Below are positions 57,164 to 64,000 of a stretch of DNA of 64,000 nucleotides, piece by piece. Numbering within the stretch: the stretch's first letter is position 1; each line of letters begins with the position of its first letter. The stretch lies in the NCBI GenBank assembly GCA_963844035.1, contig CAWJMT010000004.1, positions 32,001 through 96,000 of the forward strand, in the 5' to 3' direction. This stretch comes from an uncultured Gemmatimonadales bacterium (GTDB lineage: Bacteria; Gemmatimonadota; Gemmatimonadetes; Gemmatimonadales; GWC2-71-9). The notes beneath the pieces were generated by a model. It did not search any database, was not told where the DNA came from, and was given only the letters and a program-made list of their open reading frames with translations. The position numbers and the translations under genes were made by a program.

Positions 57164-57275
57164 GTTCTCTGCCTCGCGTGGGCAGGCTGACCTTGACTCG
57201 CGATCAAACGTACCGGCCGTGACGACGTCCACAAGGATGGGGCAACCATTTGCCCCTCATATGAGGAGTCCAGCA

Positions 57276-59477
57276 ATGGCGCCCCGACGTAGCACGCTCT
57301 CAACCACCGCGACCTTGATCCTTGCGGTCGCTTGCGCCGACCCGACGACCGAGCCTATCGGCGTCGCGCCGAGCTTCCACCGCGACGGCGGCAGAAACCA
57401 GACGATCGTCGTGGATCCCAAGGGCCGACACGACGCGACCACGATCCAGGCGGGCATCGACCTGGCGTCCCGCCGGCGGTCGCGTCCGCGTCATGCGCGG
57501 GACCTACGCCGAAGTCCTCGTGATCAACAAGGGGCTCACGCTCGAGGGCACCGACCGCGGGGACGACGACCACCATCGCAATCGCGCGGAGCAACGCGGG
57601 CAGGTGGTCATCGCGCCTTCCGGCGCGCCGCTCACCGTCGATCGAGGTCACGACCTCGCAGCCCCGTCACCGTCCGGGACGTTACCGTGCATGTCGGCGG
57701 TACGAACGGGATCCGCGGCGTTGGGGTCGTCGATCTCACGGTGGAGCGAGCGACGGTCGTTGCGGTCAATCCGCCGCTCGGCATGAGTCTCCTCGTGGCC
57801 GTGTTGAACGACGCGCCCACCACAGGGCGCGCGCGCCTGGTCGTGAAGAACAGTTTCATCGATGGAGCGGTGCCATTTGCCAATTCGCCGACACCGGCAT
57901 TCCCCCAGAGCTTCGGGGTCCGGGCGGCGGGTGACGTTGATGCGTTGGTGGACGGCAACGTCATTCGCCGCACTGGAGGCGCCTGCATCAACATCCAGGC
58001 GCGCAACGACCTCGCCGGCCACATGCAAGCGGACATCACTGACAACGACGTGGACGAGTGCTATCCCCTCGGACGAGCCGGTTCCATCAACGTCACGCCG
58101 GCAAACACAAATGTCCCCTCCGCCACGCGACCGGTCACCGCGACCGGGGTGGTCAACATCGTCGGTAACACGATCCGGAACAGTTTCGCGTCATCCCTGC
58201 CCTCGACCGCGATCCTTCAGACGATCTACGCCGGCAGGATTGAACACAACCGCATCATCGGTGTGGTCCAGCCGGGGGCGATCGCCACCGTCCGGGGCGC
58301 ACCGGGGGCCATCCTGATCGGCGACCAGCGCGACTTCTTCCCGCCGACGGGAGTGATCGTGCGCTTCAACGACATCGTCGGGAATGCTCAAGCGGGTCTC
58401 CGCGTAGGCAAGCGCGAGACCGCTTCACTCGACGCGCGGTGCGACTACTGGGGCTCGGAGGACGGCCCGTCCGGCGTAGGACCCGGAACGGGAGACGCCG
58501 TGCTGGTAGAGACTGGAGGTGCAAGGCCGATCTTTGCGCCCTTCGCCACGGGACCCGTCGCACAGAAGCGTCACCACGACATGATGATCACCATGGTAAC
58601 GATGGCCACGATGAGCACCGCTGCCACCTCGACTTTTCATTGTGGTCCGATCCTGTGAGCCTGGGGACGGCGATCAACACCGCCGCGAACGAACAGGGCC
58701 CTTCGCTGTCCGAAGACGGGCTCAGCCTCTACTTCGGCTCCGACCGAACGGGCGGTTCAGGTGGGTTTGACATCTGGGTCGCCCAGCGCGCGTGTCGAGA
58801 CTGCCCGTGGGGGACCCCGGTAAACCTGGGATCCGCGATCAACACTGCGAGCGTCGATCAGGGCCCGAACCTGTCCGCCGACGGCCGCCTCCTGTTCTTC
58901 AACAGCACGCGAGCCGGCGGCCAGGGTGGAACGGATCTCTACGTGTCCCAGCGAACCGATGTGCACGACGATTTCAGCTGGGGGCCGCCCGTTCCAGTTG
59001 GCTTGGACGTGAACACCGCGGCGGGCGAAGGGGGGTTGGAGTACCTGCCGAGCGTGAAAGGCGACGTGCCACGCATCTTCTTCAATCGAACGCCTGCGGG
59101 GGGTACAGCGGATATCTACGTTGTGCCCGCGACCACTGACGGTCTCGCCAACGACCGGCAGTGCTCGTCGCCGAAATCAGTGACCCGACCGTCAACGACC
59201 AGGGTACGACCGTGCGCGCCGATGGCAGAGAACTCCTTTTTCAGTCCACCCGCGCAGGGGGGCTGGGGGGAACGATCTCTGGACGTCCACTCGGCGCAGT
59301 GTCAGCGATCCATGGCCGACGCCGACTAATCTGGGCGCGCCGATGAACACGTCTGCCACCGAGCAGCAGGCCAGCCTGTCGGGAGACGCGAAGACGCTCC
59401 TCTTCGCCTCAAGTCGGACGGGCAGCCTTGGCGGGACGGACATCTGGATGTCGACGCGGACACGGATCCACCACTAG
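57276..59477 (+). CDS. Array copy 1: lipoprotein with beta-helix domain, His/Asp linker and PD40 (TolB-like) propeller (frameshifts)
   Basis: Lipobox AVAC; TTIQAGID, GTY.E, VDGNVI, IVGNTI, IEHNRI, RFNDIVGN, ARCDYWG; then NLG..INT, PSLSEDGLSLYFGSDRTGGSGGFDIWV repeats. Confidence 0.78.
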
Positions 59478-59563
59478 CAACGAGAGGCCCCGGCGCGTCG
59501 CGCCATGGCCTCCTGTAGACGGACATGCACAGTCACACGAATGCACCGAACCTCGGAGGTTCG

Positions 59564-61730
59564 ATGACCGTCGCGCCCTGGACACCCACCAGCTGCCGCG
59601 CCTGGCTCTGCACGCTCGCCTTCGTCGCTTGCAGCGAACGACCCGCCGATCCCACCAGCCTCGCGCCGAGCGTCCACCGCGACGGCGGCGGGCACCGGAC
59701 AGTGGTGGTAGACCCCGATGGCCGACACGACGCGACCACGATCCAGGCGGGCATCGACATGGCCCCGGCCGGGGGGCGCGTGCAGGTGCCGCCCGGGACG
59801 TACGCCGAGACACAGCATCTCCAAAGGGCTCACGCTCGAAGGCATGAAGGGGGCACGATGATGAAGTCGGTGTACTCGTCGCGCCACCCGGAACACGCTG
59901 ACGCCGCCGTCCAGGTGACGGGGGCAGCCCCAGTGACCATCCGCGGGCTAACCGTTCGGTATACCGGCCTCAACGGGATCCGCGGAGACGGACCGGCGGA
60001 TCTCACCGTCGAGCGCGCGACGGTTGTTGCGATAAACCCACCACTCGGCAGCACTGCGCTCATTTCCGTCGCCAACAATCCGCCGACCGGTGCGCCGGCC
60101 GGCTCGTCGTACGCGAGAGCCAAGTGGACGGGAGCACGCGTTCGCCAACTCTCCCAGACCAGCGTTTCCCCAGACCTTCGGTATCCGGACGAGCGGCGTC
60201 GCTGACGCGGTCATCGAGCGCAACACTGTTCGGCGCGCAGGCGGTGCCTGCATCAACGTTCAGACCGAGCTGACCGGCGAAGTAAACGCGGACATTCTCC
60301 ACAACGACCTCGACGAGTGCTATCCGTCCGGCCGCGCCGGCGCTCTCACGGTCGGTCCCAGAGGAACGCTGCCGGCCCCCCTGGTCGGCTTCACCGCAAC
60401 GGGCACCGTGAACGTCGTCGGGAACACGATCCGCAACACCCTCGGCTCGTGCCTCCCGACGGCCGGCATCAACTACGAAGCCTTCTCGGGCCGCGTCGAG
60501 CACAACCGCGTCCTCGGCGTCGTGCAGGCAGTGCGCCACGGCGACGACGCGGGTTCTGCCCGCGGGCATCTGGGTGGGCAGTTTCCGAGGCGCGACGCCG
60601 GCCAACGTGAGCGGTGCGCTTCAACGACATCGTCGGGAACGCGCAGGCAGGACTCCGCGTGGCGCCCAACATCGCGACGCCGTTCGACGCCCGCTGCAAC
60701 TACTGGGGCTCGCGGACGGCCCGGCTCGAGCGCTGGCCGTCAGGAACCGGCGACGCCATCGTGGTCGAGGCCGTGGCGCGACGCCGTGTTCACGCCGTTC
60801 GCCAAGAGACCCGTCGGCCGTGGCGAATGGTGCGAGCACGGTGACGATGACGACGATGACGGCAAGCGCGCTGGCTGACGGCTCCGAGGCACTCTGGTCG
60901 CAGCCGGTGAACTCGGCCGCGGCGATCAACACCGCGAGTGGGTGACGACCCTGGCTGTCCTGGTGGAGCTCTGATCAAGCTATGAACCGAGCGGCTGGGC
61001 GGCCATCTCTGTCCCGACGCGCTACGTCCTGCTCCTCGGAGCGCCCATGAATCTCGGAGCCGTCATCAATACCGCTGCGCAGGCGAGCTAACCCCACCCT
61101 GTCCAGCGACGGACACTTGATGTACTTCAACAGCGACCGCGCTGGCGGCTTCGGAGCGAGCGACATCTACGTTTCGTACCGCGCCGGACCCCACGGACGA
61201 CCTCGCGTGGGGGCCACCAGTCAACGTGGGTCCGCTTGTGAACACGAGCGGCGAGTTGAGCAAGGGGCAGGGTAACGCTCCGGCCGGGAGCGATGGGATC
61301 GCCAGGCTCTATTTCGACCGGCGGTCAGGCCTCGGCGCGACCGCCCCGCTCGACATCTACTCCGTAGCCCGCTGACGAGCGACGGGCGACCCAGTGCGCC
61401 TGCCGCGCATCGGTCGCTGGGGTCAACCTTCCCAGCGACCCTGTCAATGACTTCGGGGCAGAGCAGAGCAATGATGGGCGAGAGCTCTTTTTCATCGCGA
61501 CACGTCCTGACGCTGTGTGGCTTGGCGACCTCGGGTCCCTCGACCGCGGCGGGAGCGGGCGACGCCTGGTCCACGGCCGGAGAATCTGGGAAGCACGATC
61601 AACACGCGCGCTCGAACGGATACGGCACCCGAGTCTCTCGAGCGACGGCCGAACGCTGATGTTCGCCTCCGACTGGACATGGGGGGTTCGGGCGACGCGG
61701 TGTACCGGCGGGAGCGCGGGGACGAGCGCG
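59564..61730 (+). CDS. Array copy 2, same architecture; 3' half heavily frameshifted, end approximate
   Basis: Lipobox VAC; TTIQAGIDMAPAGG, GGACINV, LDECYP, RFNDIVGNAQAG, ARCNYWG, HGDDDDDDG, PTLSSDGHLMYFNSDR, PSLSSDGRTLMFASD. Confidence 0.7.
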
Positions 61731-61962
61731 GGCTCGGTGCGCACAACGCACCGGGGTCTGGACGCAGGCAGGTGCGCCCGACCGCGATCCCGCACGGCGA
61801 CGGAGCGATCTGACCGCGACGACGACGCGGGCAGCCGAACCGCGAGGCTGGGCGCGAGCGTTGTGCTGGTGGCTGCTCGCGCGGCCGACAGCACGCTCCA
61901 GCTCTGCTCGCCTCATCCGCCGCTCATGGCATAGGGCGCTAGTCCTGGAGGTCTAGCGCTCC

Positions 61963-62612
61963 GTGATGATACCGGGACGGCGAGCCCCCGAGCGTCGACG
62001 CGCTCAAGTTTGTGTGGACGTCCACACTCTCGGCGTCAATTACAGCACACCGGGCCGAGTGCTGCGCGCGCTGGTGAACCAGAACGACTTTGTGCAGCCG
62101 GCCGGGATCCCAGCTCGCCTGCCTTCCAACGGTGGTTCGCGCTCAATCAGTCGTCGCTCCCGGCAGTTCAGCCGCTGGGTCGGGATCCTCAGCGCGTGTG
62201 ATCGACGCGGGATCGCAGAGGCTGCAGTACGCGCCGGCACCCCGAGCCTGCGGCGGTGGCCGCCAAGATCAGGAGAGTCGCAACCCTCCGGGCACGGTGA
62301 TATGCCCGGGCCAGTGGAGAAGGCGTTCCGGCTGCTCGCCAAAGGCAAGGCGATCAACTACGAAGGCGCCCTAGGCCCGGTCGACCTGGACGAGCGTGGC
62401 AGTGCCACCGGCCTCGCGTTCGGGATCTTCAAGGTGCAACCAGGTGGGCAACAAGCGCTCAAGTGAGCAACTTCGGTTTCCCGCCGCATCCTGTCTGTAC
62501 CGACGATGAGGAGGACAACGGTCACGACGATGGCGACGATGACGACGACCACCACCATCGCCACCACAACGACAACAATGAGCGCACCACGATGGACAAA
62601 AGACCGCCATGA
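61963..62612 (+). pseudogene. C-terminal half of a LivJ/K-type ABC substrate-binding protein with Asp/His-rich tail
   Basis: AKIRRV, PPGTVICPG, LLAKGKAINYEGALGPVDLDERG; continues by frameshift into DDEEDNGHDDGDDDDDHHHRHH. Confidence 0.55.
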
Positions 62613-62863
62613 CGACCGGCGTACGGCCGACGTCCGACCCCGGGGGCTGAGGCCCCCGCACGCAGGTCCGAGATGTGACCAGCTTGATACAGCCCTTCCC
62701 TAGCGAGATCGGGAGAGGGGGGTAGTTTCAGCCTGCATCCGGTGGAGGCATCTCCACATCCGCCGATGGCCCTTCGGCCCAGATGCCGCCCGACGCCCGC
62801 CAGGACGCCCTCCGACACCGCGACCGCTACCGCCACCGACGGATCACCAACCTCGGAGGCTCG

Positions 62864-64000
62864 ATGATCGCCGCGTCCTGGATACCCACTCGCCGCCTTG
62901 CTTGGCTCTGCACCCTCACCCTCGTCGCTTGCGGCGAACCACCCGCCGAACCGACCGCCCTGGCTCCGAGTTTCCACCGCGATGGCGGGAGAAACCGGAC
63001 GATCGTAGTGGATCCCAAGGGTCGGCACGACGCGACCACCATCCAGGCAGGTATCGACATGGCGCCCGCGGGCGGGCGCGTCCAGGTCATGCCCGGGACG
63101 TACCCTGAGTCCCTGGTGGTGGACAAAGGCATCACACTGGAGGCCGCGGACGACGGGATCACGATGCGATATCGCGCCAAGCATCACGCGGGTGTAATCA
63201 TCGCACCGCCGGGCGCTCCAACCATCGCCGTGCAGGTCGCGACCACGGAGCCGGTCACCATCCGGGGGCTGACCCTTCACTATACCGGACTCCACGGCAT
63301 TCGGGGCGACGGCCTCGTGGACCTGACGGTAGAGCGCGCAACGGTCGTCGCCGTCAACCCGCCACTCGGCGCGAGCCTGCTTGTCTCGGTCTTCAACAAC
63401 CCGCCGACCACCGGGCCGGCTCGGCTCGTCGTACGCGAGAGCAACCTGGATGGGAGCACAGCGTTCGCCAACTCTTCGACCCCGCCGTTCCCCCAGACCT
63501 TCGGTATAGGGACCCGCGGTGTCGTGGACGCGGTCATTGAGGGAAATACCATTCGGCGCGCTGGGGGTGCCTGCATCAACGTTCAGACCGAATTGACCGG
63601 CGACGTAAACGCGGACATTCTCAACAACGACCTGGACGAGTGTTATCCGTCGGGCCGCGCCGGTGCGTCTCACAGTCGGTCCCAGAGGAACACTGCCGGC
63701 CCCCTTGGTAGGCTTCACCGCAACGGGCATTGTGAACGTTGTGGGGAACACGATCCGGAACACACTTGGATCGTGCCTTACGACGGCCGGCGATCAACTA
63801 CGAGGCGTTCTCGGGCCGCATCGAGCACAACCGAGTCCTGGGTGTCGTGCAGGCATGCGCGACGGCGACGACCCGAGGCGCGTGCCCGCCGGGATCTGGG
63901 TGGGCAGCTTCCGCGGCGCGACGCCCGGCAAACGTGACGCGTCCGCTTCAACGACATCGTGGGGAACGCCCAAGCCGGGCTTCGCATAGCGCCGAACATC
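62864..64000 (+). CDS. Array copy 3, beta-helix lipoprotein (runs off the window)
   Basis: Lipobox VAC; TTIQAGIDMAPAGGRVQVMPGTYPE, GGACINVQTELTG, LDECYPSGRAG, RFNDIVGNAQAG. Confidence 0.8.

Noticed and set aside
57193..57207. FNR/CRP-like box ttgac-tcgcg-atcaa upstream of the array
   Set aside because: The spacer is 5 bp rather than 4 and one half-site mismatches, so support is insufficient.
57276..64000. Array repeats read as a CRISPR array, a DGR template/variable pair or an assembly duplication
   Set aside because: The repeats are kb-scale coding paralogues with largely synonymous, non-adenine-specific differences. No cas or reverse transcriptase gene is present.

Overview
High-GC bacterial chromosome segment. 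Gene content and protein style suggest Gemmatimonadota (inference, not checked by search). Many genes, including housekeeping ones (maf, dtd, glmM, purD, gpmI, etfA/etfB), are split by single-base frameshifts. This pattern points to uncorrected long-read indel errors, so I joined CDSs across frames by hand and their boundaries are approximate. The core backbone includes glmM/glmS/dtd/maf, purD-mutM, a menG-ubiD-ubiA-ubiX menaquinone-type cluster, an ECF sigma/anti-sigma pair, mrp, nrnA, guaB, a long gpmI operon, an acyl-CoA dehydrogenase/TonB receptor/ETF cluster and cstA. Three or four accessory patches interrupt it. (i) An N-truncated hybrid kinase sits between glmM and glmS. (ii) A cassette at about 11.4-14.4 kb is bracketed by two FabA/FabZ-like copies. 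(iii) A patch at about 21.6-29.2 kb holds small ORFs and a cupredoxin/hybrid kinase/beta-barrel module. (iv) From about 56.3 kb to the end, a short SARP/BTAD regulator lies divergent from a tandem array of at least three paralogous lipoproteins (beta-helix + His/Asp linker + PD40 propeller), the best candidate for an undescribed system. Short 7- and 8-bp tandem repeats recur at gene junctions, inside enzymes and inside signal peptides. I saw no rRNA, tRNA, CRISPR array, integrase or transposase.
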